A stretch of DNA of 63,861 bases, counting the filler, from Diploschistes diacapsis (lineage: Eukaryota), in assembly GCA_023645945.1 (NCBI GenBank). It is 15 parts of 15 records of this genome, joined end to end, with 100 filler letters (N's around TTAATTAATTAA, not from the genome) between each part and the next. Parts side by side here need not be neighbours in the genome. Positions count along the whole stretch, not along the records: positions 1 to 21,639 come from JALAIB010000301.1; positions 21,740 to 23,218 come from JALAIB010003019.1; positions 23,319 to 44,956 come from JALAIB010000302.1; 12 more parts are not named here. One strand, written 5' to 3'. How positions within the stretch are numbered: position 1 is the stretch's first letter; the number at the start of each line of letters is the position of its first letter. Below are positions 12,673 through 24,346 of the stretch, piece after piece. Below the pieces are notes generated by a model that saw only the letters and a list, made by a program, of their open reading frames with translations, was not told the origin of the DNA and did no database searches. The position numbers and the translations under genes were made by a program.

Positions 12673-13171
12673 TTGTGCAGTGCATGGTATTGTAAGATGG
12701 CTGAATGTCTTTCCAGTAGATACATCTTACACGACTAGAAGCACATGGCGCAAATATAGATAGCCGATCCTAAACCAGAACAAATCCTGAATCGGGCAAC
12801 GGACAACGGACAAGCCATCTAGTACCCCCTACCTTCGTATACTAGGTAGATTTGGTATAGACAAGACATTTTAACGGCCGGAATCCAATGGCAACTTTTG
12901 ATCATTACACTCCCAATCGGAGTGCATCCTGATCCCGTCGTGGACGATTCTCAGTCAAATGACGACATGACATTTGTGGACTGGCAGTGCGAACAACCAC
13001 AAAGTGACAGCATCAATATGTATGATACAAAGAAAAGCGACTTCGTCCGTCTTCGAGGGTGCTGTTTTGAAGTTTCTTAGAGTCTTTACAAAAGCTGTCA
13101 AGATTCGCCCCAGGTCCATTTGACTTCATTAATCAGCGCTCCCGCCTCAAAAGTTCCATTCCTATTTGAAT

Positions 13172-14182
13172 ATGGGTGTCTCTCTATCTACGGCGAGATG
13201 GCTTGTACGCAGAGTATAGCCCATCGCTTAGAAGCTGTACTGATACAAGTACAGGCACCGACATCTTTCATTGTTGACTTCGCGGCCCAGCAGTATGGGA
13301 TGTTCAGTTCGCCTAATATGCTTGATGTGCACAACCAGAACCTCAGCTTCTTCTCGCCGCAGGTCAGTCATGCATGCCATTTTCTATACTGCCCTTGCGC
13401 GCCAGGCTAAGACACAGTAGCCGTACTTCATCGGCGGCTTCTTCTTCCCTCAACAGCTCTTCCAGCTCGCCTGGCTATACAGGCTATGGAAGCTGGACGA
13501 CCGCAAGCCGAACGAGCGCCGCGAACTTGAGCAGATCTGTGATTTCGTTCCCTACTATGCCATCGGCAACTTCTGCATTGCCGGTAAGCCCTCCCGGAAC
13601 TCTTACTACTCTTACATGTCTCGACGAATGGCAATGTACTGATAGAAATTAGCTTGGATGTTCTTCTGGAACTCCTCCAACCTGGCGGCCTCTCATGCCT
13701 TCGTAACAGTCAACACCTTCACACAGCTTTACTACCTCGTCGCCCGCCTGCGGCCAATGGACACCTCCTCAACATCTTCCATTCTGACACACATTGTCTC
13801 CAAGACCTTCGCCGGCATTGGCGTACTCGACTTTCTTCACAACGGATCCGTCGCTTTCTTCAAGGACCAGGCACCCAGCACAGCCGTCAAGGTACTCACT
13901 GGCCTTGGGTTTGGTGCAGCCAGCTTGGTCAGCGACTGGATCTTCGGGGGCTGTCTCGTCTACAACCTCGTTGCGCTGAGCGTGGGACAGAGTGGTAGCT
14001 GGAGGACCTTGCTGGGTGGATACGCCGCCGCATGTGCAGCCATTGTCGGTGCCAAGAATTTGGCCAGGTAGGTGGGGGCAAGTGCTTGACGGGCTTTTGG
14101 TCTTGGAAGTCTCAGGCTTAGAGTCCGCAGGCCGCCGTATACCAAGTCCGAGCCGGACTACGAGCCTACGTCGAATGCATAG
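13172..14182 (+). CDS. Conserved fungal multi-pass membrane protein of unknown function; exons 13172-13204, 13255-13362, 13421-13583, 13653-14067, 14131-14182
   Basis: Four canonical introns restore one frame: MGVSLSTARWL/APTSFIVDFAAQQYGM..SFFSPQ/PYFIGGFFFPQQLFQLAWL..GNFCIA/AWMFFWN..THIVSKTFAGIGVLD..SDWIFGGCLVY..R/PPY. Confidence 0.8.
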
Positions 14183-14784
14183 ACCTGGACGAAACCAGCA
14201 TCTGTTGGGAGGATTGAAGGGGAAAGAGATGGATGGAGGTTTGCGGATATGTCTGTATCGGTAGTCACGGCTAGCTGCTTGGTGTCTAATATAAAATTTT
14301 CGTTTGGCACACAGAGTTATCGTCACAGGTGCAAGATGCAATGCAAATGGGCGATGACCAAAGATATATACAGAGATCAAAGTGAATCCAATCTTAGCGG
14401 AGATGGTTTTGTTCCGCCAGGAATAATGTGCTTCTGCTTTGGTGGGCTTGGCGTGGGCGCAGCAGCAAACCATCGTTTTTACTTCTTCCTCAGCCTCAAC
14501 CTCCACGTTCTAACTTTACTACGAACCTAATCTTAAACTCGTCCAAGATAAATAAATCTCTTTCTCTTCCAGCTCTTATTCTTGTCACTCCTTTATTGTG
14601 AAATCCAATTACATTCATTGCTGCTTCGATGTTTTACTTGCAATACTACTCTATACAGACCCTGTACTAATAATCTTGAGTCGCCGTTGTCCAGGCGCAA
14701 ACTGCAATCGTGGAATCCCCTGTACGGCGCCGCTTCACACACTCTCTCCCCCCAACGGATGGCTCGGTAGCAGCTCCCACAACC

Positions 14785-15855
14785 ATGGCCTCGAAGCGCA
14801 AACCCATCAAATATGTGCTTCCCGCCCTCCTCTTCCTCCTCATCCTCGTCGCTCTGTGCGCCACGCGGCGGCCAAACACCGAATTCCCGCGCGACAAACT
14901 GTACCAGCTCGTCCCCTGGGTCTGGTCGACCCGGGTCGAGAACCACGACCTGCAGAGCCTCTCCTCCGAGCGCGCCTGCGCAGACGGCAGCATCGACCGC
15001 CACAACGCGCCGACGGTAACGCCCGAGATCCCGCGCACCGTGCACTTCACCTGGGGCCTGAAGGGCGACGGCGCCTTCACCTTCGCCCTCTACCTCGCCA
15101 TCCGCGCCGCGCAAGCCAGCATCCGGCCGGCCGCGCTCAAGATCCACTACACCCGCCTCGACCGCGACAACCGCTGGTTCCAGGCGCTGGCGCCCAACCT
15201 CACCCTCGTCTACCACGACCCGGCCGAGTACCTCGACGCCGCGGGCTTCGGCGCGCAGGGCAGCAGCAGGCAGTGGCACGTGGCGCACGTGGCGGACGTG
15301 CTGCGGCTGCAGATCCTGCGCGACGAGGGGGGCATATACCTGGACTCGGACGCGTACGCCCTGCAGCCGCTGGACGGGGTGCTGCGGGGCGCGCGCGACG
15401 TGGTCATGGCGCACGAGGGCGGGAACCGGTACGGGATGGCGAACGCGGTGGTGGTGGCCAAGAAGGGCGCGCCGTTCGTGGAGCGCTGGCTGGGCGAGTA
15501 CGCCACCTTCGACGAGCAGGACTGGAACTGGCACTCCGTCGTGCTGCCCAAGCGGCTGGCGGACCAGCACCCGCTGGAGATCTGCGCCCTCAGCCCCACC
15601 GCCTTCTTCTGGCCGCTGTGGACGGAGAGCCATGTCGAGTACATGCACGTGCGGCTGACCGACGACGAGGCCGACGAGGTCAAGGCGAGGGTGGAGAGGT
15701 ACGGGGGCGCGCTGTATGCGGATCAGCTGGTCTATCATGCGTGGAGCCACAACAGTTTCCAAAGGTTCATCGAGAGGCTGACGCCGGAGATTGTGCGGAC
15801 CGAGGATACAAGGTTCAATATTCTGATGAGGAGATTTTTGCCCCCGGATGAGTGA
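14785..15855 (+). CDS. Glycosyltransferase family 32 (DXD sugar-binding) type II membrane protein, single exon
   Basis: Basic N-terminus plus TM helix (VLPALLFLLILVAL), IPRTVHF, HVADVLRLQILRDEGGIYLDSD (DXD), NAVVVA, WNWHSV, HAW. Confidence 0.9.
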   Translation: MASKRKPIKYVLPALLFLLILVALCATRRPNTEFPRDKLYQLVPWVWSTRVENHDLQSLSSERACADGSIDRHNAPTVTPEIPRTVHFTWGLKGDGAFTFALYLAIRAAQASIRPAALKIHYTRLDRDNRWFQALAPNLTLVYHDPAEYLDAAGFGAQGSSRQWHVAHVADVLRLQILRDEGGIYLDSDAYALQPLDGVLRGARDVVMAHEGGNRYGMANAVVVAKKGAPFVERWLGEYATFDEQDWNWHSVVLPKRLADQHPLEICALSPTAFFWPLWTESHVEYMHVRLTDDEADEVKARVERYGGALYADQLVYHAWSHNSFQRFIERLTPEIVRTEDTRFNILMRRFLPPDE

Positions 15856-16579
15856 AGCGATTTTGGCAAAGGGGGCGCGCGCGCGCACCGCTATCGGCGG
15901 CCGCAGAGCCTGGACATGATTTATTGAGCGCATGCCGTGAGATGTCTTGTATTATTATATACCCCCCCTCCAAAAAAAAATAAGAGCGTTAAGGATCAAG
16001 ATGGTTCGAGAATACAGATAGGCCAAGGGAAGAATGATTTTAAAATCAAAGTACAGTCATCGTTTGCATCATCAACTATTTTAACAATACAATAGCCTTC
16101 CAGAGTTATTCTTCTGTTAGTCTGACATTGCAAAAGTCCATGTGTAGACAACATGGGCAGCTCGGGTTTTGGGAGGCCTTCAAAAGCCTGTATTCTCGGC
16201 ATCCCCGCCCAATGATCCCGCCTGTCTGCTCTGCATCAAGCTAAATCTAGCACCGCAACACCACCCTTTATGCCATTATCTGAACGACTGTGTCGTCAGG
16301 AGCGATCATGTTTCAGGCACAAAGATTCTCCTACTTTCCCTGATGCTCCCAAGCAATTATTTGTAGTCTCCACAGATTGTAGTTCGCGGCGCCCCTGTTG
16401 AACATGTCTAATCCATACCGTATTCAACTCACAAACACCTCGCTAATGCATAGAACAATTCTAGACGTTCTTCCCTTTCTGCTCTCATCGACTCCGTAAG
16501 GCCGTTCCAAGTCGTACACGTTGTGCATTTACTCCTTCGAGGAGACACTTGCATTTATTCTGAGCCCGACGGTGCTGTT

Positions 16580-17566
16580 TTATGCCACAGATTGATAGAT
16601 TAAGAGTGGCTCGCCGACTGATTCGATTTCTGGAATGGTACACTTGAGATCGAATGCTTTGGAGAGGACAATCTTAAAAATCTGTCCAAGGTCAGCTTGC
16701 AGTCAAATCAAGAGTTGCAGGGTCCGACCTTTTGGACGTTGATGCTATGGCTAGTACTGCTGAAGATCAAGCTCGCTCGCATGGCCTTTGCAAATCGTCT
16801 TGCCTGATTCGAGATTTCTTCTTGGTCTTCTCGAGGAAAGTTGACAAAAGTGTCGAATTTGGTACCAACCAGAAACGGTATGGCGGTCTTGTTGAATCCG
16901 CGCCCTTGTCTGTACCACTCCTTGATAGAGTTGAGTGTGCTTTTTCTTGTAAGGTCGAACATGAAGAGAATGGCGACAGCATCATTGCAGACGAGTGGCA
17001 GCATGTTAACGAATTCGCGCTGACCACCAAGATCCCATATGGAGAATGTAATCTCGGTATTCCGTATAGAGATGGTCTTCTCCATAAAGTTAACACCTAG
17101 GACAATCAGCGACCAGCAAAGCCACTGAATCTCCAATCTCACCAAGCGTCTGGATGTAATCCTCATCCCAGCTTCCTTCCACATATTTGACCATCAAACT
17201 CGTCTTGCCAATTTGTGCATCACCAACCATACCCACCTTAATTACCACACTGTTCTGCGTCTTCTCCTGCCCATTTGATCGCTGATTCGGGTCTTGACTA
17301 GCGTGCCTGTTCGTCGAATCCGATAAGCCGGAAGCTGGGCGTGATGTTTGCATAGCCTGTTGTTGATACGCCATGTTCGGCGAGTTTGTGTCCGTGTGCG
17401 GGGAATATGCGGCAGATGGGAAGTCTGCTGATTGGGAAGTGGTCGGGCGTTGCCCGTAGCCAATGGCTGAGTGAGAAGAATCGTCGGCCCCTTCATGTCC
17501 AGCAGGGCCGTAATGGTTGCCAGAGTCGAGACTGACGTCCATCGCATCTGGCTGATTGGGGTCCAT
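16580..17566 (-). CDS. SPG1: Septation initiation / mitotic exit network GTPase Spg1/Tem1; exons 17566-17143, 17096-16729, 16681-16580
   Basis: [58 protein letters not shown]. Confidence 0.95.
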
Positions 17567-18234
17567 TGCGGTTCTGTGGAAATAGGACAAGATGGCAGTG
17601 AGATCTTTAGGACCAAATGATGCTTATCTTGAGTTGGATTGAGCAGATACTGTTGACCTCAACGACTCAAATCTATGTGCATCTGCTCTCCGATTACAGC
17701 AATCAACTTTCGGAGCAAAGTGGAATGCCGTCTTTTGGAAAAGTCCGAGACCGTGTTTTGCTGGCAGTGGACGCGTTTAATGAAGAAATAAGCTTGAGTC
17801 CATGATACAGTGTAAGATGATCAGTGCCAAGCGAGAGGCGGGCTCAGTCAAGTCATATTTGAAAGAGAAGCAGGAAACCGAAGATTGATGCGGCTGTTTG
17901 TGGTCAGGGCGCTTCTATTTGTTTGCGCCCACCTCGATCAATCAGATCCCTTGGATTGAGTTCTCACATAACGCCGGATTAAACTCCGGCCGATCTCCCT
18001 CGAAAAGAGATCCATATATGGAAATGAGAACCTCACATGGAGAGACTCTGATCAACAGGTGCTTCAAAGCATACGAAATGCTGTCTGAATTAGCAACTAT
18101 TCTGGGATTCGTATCCGAAGAACCAACGTTCCCGGGTCCGTCTTCACATTCGTATTGGCTGTAGATTTCCATGCTACCTTGGGGCCCGAACATCGTCGAA
18201 CTAGGAGCTTAAGGCTTTGAGAACTATTCGCACT

Positions 18235-20381
18235 ATGGCTGCCGAATTTGTTGGCTCTACAATTCTGGTCACTCTCCTCTCCCCGCCTAATGCCCAGATC
18301 CGCGGAGTCGTCGATAACATACAGGACCAGGTCCTGTTTCTACGAGACGGTAAGTAGGCCATCATCTTTTTGCTATTATAATAACGCGTAAAGTGCTATG
18401 GCTAGCCTCAGATCGACGAACGGCAAGTTTTCAAGTGCCAAGTAGCAACCTAGCAGACCTTGAGGTTGTTTCCAATGAGGTTGCCCCTACCAAGTTTGAG
18501 CATTCGCCTATGGTTTCTGCACCAAGTCCGGAGCCTTCAATAATAGAGCCGGAACTGGAACTCCCCAAGCAACCATTTGTGGATCCTGCAATAGTCAATA
18601 TCGGGAAACCTCCCCCTCAAAGCCTCAAGAAAATGGACACCTTTGCAACCCTCAGCGAGCCCTTCAACAATCTTTCTCTTGATCCCAATAGACTGGGAAC
18701 CTCGGAACTTGAGACGGCGGAGCTAGGAACGGTTTCCGGGATTGTGCAACCACCCGCAAAGTCTCGCCGTGGTGGCAGGGCCCCGAGGCGCAAATCGCAG
18801 CAGCAGAGTATAGGGAGTGCCTCAACACGAGCTTATCCCGAAGGGCCCGAAAATGTAGCGCCTACAGGCAAAAAGGGCCACGTCAACCGAGTGCGCGGCA
18901 AGAAGCAACGCCAATCGGTACCCGCGGAGGTGGATTCCTTGGGCATTACGGAGACTGTTACAGACCGGAAAAGCGAGAAGACTCGGCTGTCTCAAAAGCA
19001 CAGAACGAAGTTTCAGGAGAATCAAAACGGCTGGGCTACCGAGGATGCTACTGACATACAGGAGCTGGGTGATTTCGACTTTGAGGCGAATTTATCAAAA
19101 TTCGATAAGAGAGAGATCTTCAAGCAACTGAAGGCAGGTGATACCGTTGCGGATTCCGCTCGACTGGTCGGACATAACAGAATCCCACGAGCGAGCTCTG
19201 CCCGGGGGAGAAATCTACATTGGACTGAGAATGTTCTGGATACGCCAATAGCCGACAATGGCGCGGGGTGGAATAGCGAAGCAGGGGACACCGCGGAGGA
19301 TGCATACAGCAATTTAATGAGCAGCAGGAAGAGCTCTAGGAGGGATGCGTCTCATTCCGGAACACGAGCGGCGGCAACAAGAAAGGAGAGCATCAGGACC
19401 ACTGAAGAGAAGTCCTCCATGCGAGTCTTGTCCCAGATTGGCGGTCTCAGACAAGCATCCTTCGAGGCATCGGGCAGTCCGATAGCGAAGCAGAAGAAAA
19501 CCCCTTCCACTTCGCCTTATGTCGGAAGTATTTCAACGCCCCGCCCATCACTTCGAATACGCGGCTCAAACAAGCTCTGCCCATGCTTGACTCCACTGCA
19601 AACTCTGGAGTTCGAGCAGTATGCGATAACCGAGCTAGGTTTGAGCGAAGATATCCTGACTGAAAACGCAGCTCGAGGCATTGCGGAAACAATGAGCGGC
19701 ACAGCACAGTCTGACAAGGAGAATTTAGGCGTCGAGGCTGTAATCGTGGCTGCTGTCGGAAACCACAAGACTGCAGCAAGAACCTTGGCGGCTTGTCGTC
19801 ATCTGCGTAACCACGGCTTTCATGTGGTGGCATCGGTGATGCATTTGGGCCCGGACGAGGATCTTCTTGAACCGGTTCGCAGGCAAATGCAGGCTTACTC
19901 GAAAGCGGGCGGCTTGTTAGCAAAGCCGAACCAGTTACTTGATGACCTTCAGAGCGGCTCCCTGCATCCTACCATCTTCGTGGATGCCATGCTAGCCGCA
20001 CACAGTGCCTTCGAAGATTTACGACGCAACGAGCAAGCTTTCTGCTTCGAGCTCATCATCCTGATGAACCGTTCGAAAGTGAAGATTGTTTCCGTGGATG
20101 TTCCATCTGGCATCGATGCCTCCAACGGACAGGTGACAGTGGCGGAAGAAAGCGCTCTGGCAATGCATGCAGATGTGATTATTTCGCTGGGAGCGCCCAA
20201 ACCGTACTTGCCGGCCATGCTCCAGCAGCTCGGGCCCAACAACAACCCAGAGATATATGTCGCTGACGTCGGTATAGGCAGCTCCATCTGGCGCAAGTTG
20301 GGCTACAAGAAGCATGGGAAGGGCGTGGAATTTGGGCCAGAATGGGTTGTCCAACTGCGGTACCAGGCCGAGATTGAGTAA
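18235..20381 (+). CDS. EDC3: Enhancer of mRNA decapping 3 (LSm - FDF - YjeF_N); exons 18235-18349, 18394-20381
   Basis: LSm-like N-terminus, GWATEDATDIQELGDFDFEANLSKFDK, RLVGHN, TENAARGIA, SVDVPSG, SLGAPK, VADVGI. Confidence 0.93.
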
Positions 20382-20976
20382 AGCACAAGACTCTACTAAC
20401 ATGTAACACCAGTTGTTAGGGTAAAGGAGGTTTTTTTGGACGACCTTGTTACGAAGTAATTCAGACTTTGGCTGCATATAGATTGTATACCCCAATCTTT
20501 TGTTGGGGGGTTGGAGCTGTGGAGGGTGGTGAATGAACAAGTTGGGGCGAATATGGTACATAATGACCTTTGTTTCGGGGCAAGCGATGCAAAGCCTTGG
20601 AGCTTCTTTTGATTTCAGAACAGTACAAGGAGGTAGTGTTGCATACCGATTCTCTCACTCCAGGGCTGACTGAGTTCGATTGACTGTTGGTGACGTGGAA
20701 GTCCCCTGAAGAGCGTTCAAAATCGGGACCTTTTCCGCATTCGGACGTGGTCGCACAGCCACAGCAGTGTAAATATAGAGTCCACAATCGGCCCCCCAAG
20801 CCGGGTCTATGCGATGGGGCCAAAGTCGTGGCCACTGTGGCTCATGGCGGGGTTTCCTGCGTGTTTGTCGAGGGATGGAGGGTTTAAAAAGCTTCTTCGT
20901 CATCTTTCCTCAGATTCCCCTACATACTCAGTCATAATTGCTTTGAGACCAGTATCCGCAACCTATCGAAAACAGC

Positions 20977-21639
20977 ATGTCAGACGGTTACGGTGGCTAC
21001 CCGCCTCAAGGCAGCTACGGCAGCCAAGCTCCCTATGGCCAGCAGCCTCCTTACAACGGCTACAACCAAGGCTACTCGCAGCCGCAAGCGCCGTACGGCG
21101 GACAGCACGAGTTTGGCCCGCCACACCGGCAAGACAGCTACGGTCCACCAGCCGCAGGAGGGTTCCAGCACGGCCAACATGGCGGACAGTATGGCATGTA
21201 CGACGCCAGCAACCCGCAGGGCCATGCGGGATACTAGTAAGCCGAGAGCTCGTCTCCGGGAGCACAGCGTCATGGGGTCGGAGAACTGACTGGGATGCTT
21301 TTTGCAGCGGCGCATCAACCCAGCAGTACGGCCAACAGGGCGGCTACGGCGATCCGAATGCTGCTCCCCCGCAATCGCACCAGTACGGCGGCCAAGCGGG
21401 CTACGGCGAACCCCAAGCCGGGTACCGTGACCCAAACGCTCCCTTCGACCCCAACGCGCCCATAGACCCGAACGCTCCCGAGGGCGAGCGCGGTCTCGGC
21501 GGCGCTCTGCTGGGTGCTGCGGCGGGTGGATATGCGGGCCATCAGAAGGGACACGGGTTCCTCGGTGCGCTTGGCGGAGCGATTGCGGGCAACTTCTTGG
21601 GGGACAAAGTGAGCGGGTACCGGCATGGGGACCAGGGGC
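20977..21639 (+). CDS. G/Q/Y-rich low-complexity protein with glycine-zipper domain; 3'-truncated by contig end; intron 21237-21307
   Basis: [42 protein letters not shown] repeats; GTAAGC..CTGAC..CAG intron. Confidence 0.8.
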
Positions 21640-21739
21640 NNNNNNNNNNNNNNNNNNNNNNNNNNNNNNNNNNNNNNNNNNNNTTAATTAATTAANNNNN
21701 NNNNNNNNNNNNNNNNNNNNNNNNNNNNNNNNNNNNNNN
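21640..21739. other. Artificial contig spacer (44 N + TTAATTAATTAA + 44 N); 14 such spacers, starting at 21640, 23219, 44957, 46535, 48113, 49690, 51267, 52843, 54419, 55994, 57569, 59143, 60716, 62289
   Basis: Identical 100-bp structure each time, with stop codons in all six frames. Confidence 0.99.
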
Positions 21740-23218
21740 GTTCCTTTTAATTAAATCTTTTTCGAATTATTATTAAAATCGCTGAATCTTTCGTTCGTTT
21801 TATTAATTCGTTTCTTTTACGGTTGTCACGTAAATACAAACTAAATTTATTAATTTAATTAGTTCATTTTTGGTTCGTTAATGGATTTTTTTTATTCGGT
21901 TTTACGATTATAGATTTATCACGTTCTCGATAATTGTATTTTAATTAACTAGTTCTTTCGTTGGGATTTTAAATGAAAATCTTTTTCGTTTAATGTTATC
22001 GCGGGGACCTAACTGGGCTCGTTCCGGTGTTAATTTTTCGCTGATATTAAATCCTTCGAAGGTCTCTGGCGTTAATAACTACTATAACGCGAGATATCTT
22101 ACAGAATATTTTTTAGTTAACGATTTATCTATTAAATCGTATTTTTTAATCGATAATATCTCGATTGATTTTTTAAAAGGCGGAAATATTATCGATTTTC
22201 TTTTTCTTTTTTAATCCTTTTTATTATCGGGGGTCATTGTTTATAATAATTCGGCGAATAGTACTTTCGAGCTCGATTGTTGTGGATACTCGAATATTTG
22301 GTTCGGTTAACGTTTTAAAATCTCGTTACGAGTGCGAAGGTAAAGCGAGCTTTTCGAATGTGAAACGCCAGCGCAGGAATAGGATATTATATTACCGGGG
22401 GCTGAACCTGATCCGGAAGGATTACGTGTAGTTGGGTATCTATAAATAAAAAATTTCGATTCGAAAAGTTGAAGAAAAAATTATTTAAATAAAAGGAAAG
22501 CACCATTAAATAGTATAAATGTTAGATTATCGGGATTCGGGGACTACCCGTTTACATAGCCATCCCCTGACCCTGCCGTGTCTTGGCAAGCACCTGGGCA
22601 TTGACCCTGCCGTGGCTTGGTAAGCATCTGGGCATTGACCCTGTCGTGGCTTGGCAAGCCCCTTGGCTTGGCAGGCCCCTGGGCTGGGCTGTCTCACTCT
22701 TATAGAAATTCGTAAAACCTAAAATGATTTATACGTCTTTAAACGTTTTTAATTCTAGCCATTCAGTAATATTCTGAACGCGTGTTTTATTCATACTTAC
22801 TCCCTAATTAGAAATTATATAGTTTAAGAATTCTAATTCTTCGGTAAAGAAGACATATTTTAACAATTTTACGTATAAATTAAACTTACGCAAACGTTTC
22901 ATAACGAATCGCTAATATTTAATATACTCTTCCTCGGTATTAAAAAAAAATAAAAATATCGTTAAAATAAATTATATAAATAATATCGACCAGCCCTATT
23001 AATATCCTATTAATATAGGCTTAAAAAGTAACGAAAACATTAATAAACCCAAATAGCATTACCTAATATTCGAAGTGGCCATATCGAGTATAAAAAGCAG
23101 TCTTTTATTCATCTTCTGTCTTAATGCGAATCCGATAATAGACATTCTCTAAATTTATTTTTAAAAATATCTTTACACCGCTAAGACGATCAAGAATTTC
23201 AATTATTAGAAATAAAAG
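21740..23218. mobile_element. RIP-degraded repeat contig; contains an LTR-like repeat (about 22359-22515) homologous to 47503-47655
   Basis: AT-rich, CA/TG-depleted, CG retained. GGGGCTGAACCTGATCCGGAAGGATTACGTGTAG..GATTCGAAAAG aligns with GGGGCTAGGCCTAATCTGGAAGGATCACGTGTAG..GATTCGAAAAG at 47533. Confidence 0.75.
22568..22660 (+). repeat. 34-bp tandem repeat (about 2.7 copies) inside a GC-rich solo-LTR-like insert (about 22520-22704)
   Basis: Unit TGACCCTGCCGTG(T/G)CTTGGCAAGCACCTGGGCAT starting at 22568, 22602, 22636; insert begins TGTTAGA. Confidence 0.85.
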
Positions 23219-24346
23219 NNNNNNNNNNNNNNNNNNNNNNNNNNNNNNNNNNNNNNNNNNNNTTAATTAATTAANNNNNNNNNNNNNNNNNNNNNNNNNN
23301 NNNNNNNNNNNNNNNNNNGGATTGGGATGTGACGTGGAGAAAAGATGATCGAGCTATGAAGACACAGAGTGGCCTTCGGGCGGGCTTCAGCCAAGGCGTA
23401 TGGGGCGTATATAAGGCTTTCCGGGGATGGAGCTTGGAGCGGGCATTTGGGGGAGGGACGGGGCGCATTGTGCGTATCATGTGGATCGACCGGGTTGAAC
23501 TGGGTGCATTAGAGACGGAGAGCTACTTTTGCCCCTAGAGTTGTTGCCGACCGCTATCTGTACATATCCACAAGTGGAAGATTAAAGGCATGCCGAAGCG
23601 ATGAATCCCCCGGTTTCAGCAAAACGGCAGCAATGGGCTGGCAGAGAGAAGCAGAGGTACGCACTGCTACCATAACGTTGAGTGAAACATCGAGCGCCAA
23701 ACATGGTTGTAAAATCTTTGATATTGATAACTTAAGAAGCAATCGTCCATTCCCAAAGCATGGCCGCACTGGCACTCTTGCTATGGACCAAATCTATCTG
23801 TTTCTATCCCAGGCCCCCCCCCCTGTTTCCATGCAATGCAACGATCTTCTTGGTTCATGCAGCCGTTCTTCTGTGCCCTCCCGTGCAGGGTCAATCTTTT
23901 CATATGCAAGTCCTAGCCCCGGTTGCTCGGGGGTAACGGGGTTGCTTCAAGCACATTCTAATCCGAATTTAATTCCTCAACCCAGTTGAGTGAGCAACTG
24001 GAGACGGAGATCTCGAACAGCTCTTCGTAGCTAGTGTACAAGTGAAAAAACATGGCTGTTGTGCAGCAAAATGAAGGACAGTCGTCGTGCTGGTTTACTA
24101 CAGAGGTAGCGCATGGGGGACCCTATGTCTCCGTAGACGACCCTCTTAACGTTGACCCAGGGCCTCATGACCAAATGGCACGCGCGCCGTATCCCCCCCC
24201 GTCTATAGGGTATTGAACGATGCAAGACTAGAGCCTCCCAGTATTCTGACAAAGAAAACAAACGTAGCAGTCGTCATTACCGATAAACTCTTCAGCTTGA
24301 CAACTAAAGCTGCTCTCAATCCCAAGTTGAAGCGTTGCCGACTTCT

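Noticed and set aside
14593..15933. 446-aa antisense ORF and 417-aa alternate-frame ORF
   Set aside because: Shadows of the GC3-rich GT32 gene; no motifs.
21684..21695. TTAATTAATTAA palindrome recurring 14 times
   Set aside because: Synthetic six-frame-stop linker inside N runs.
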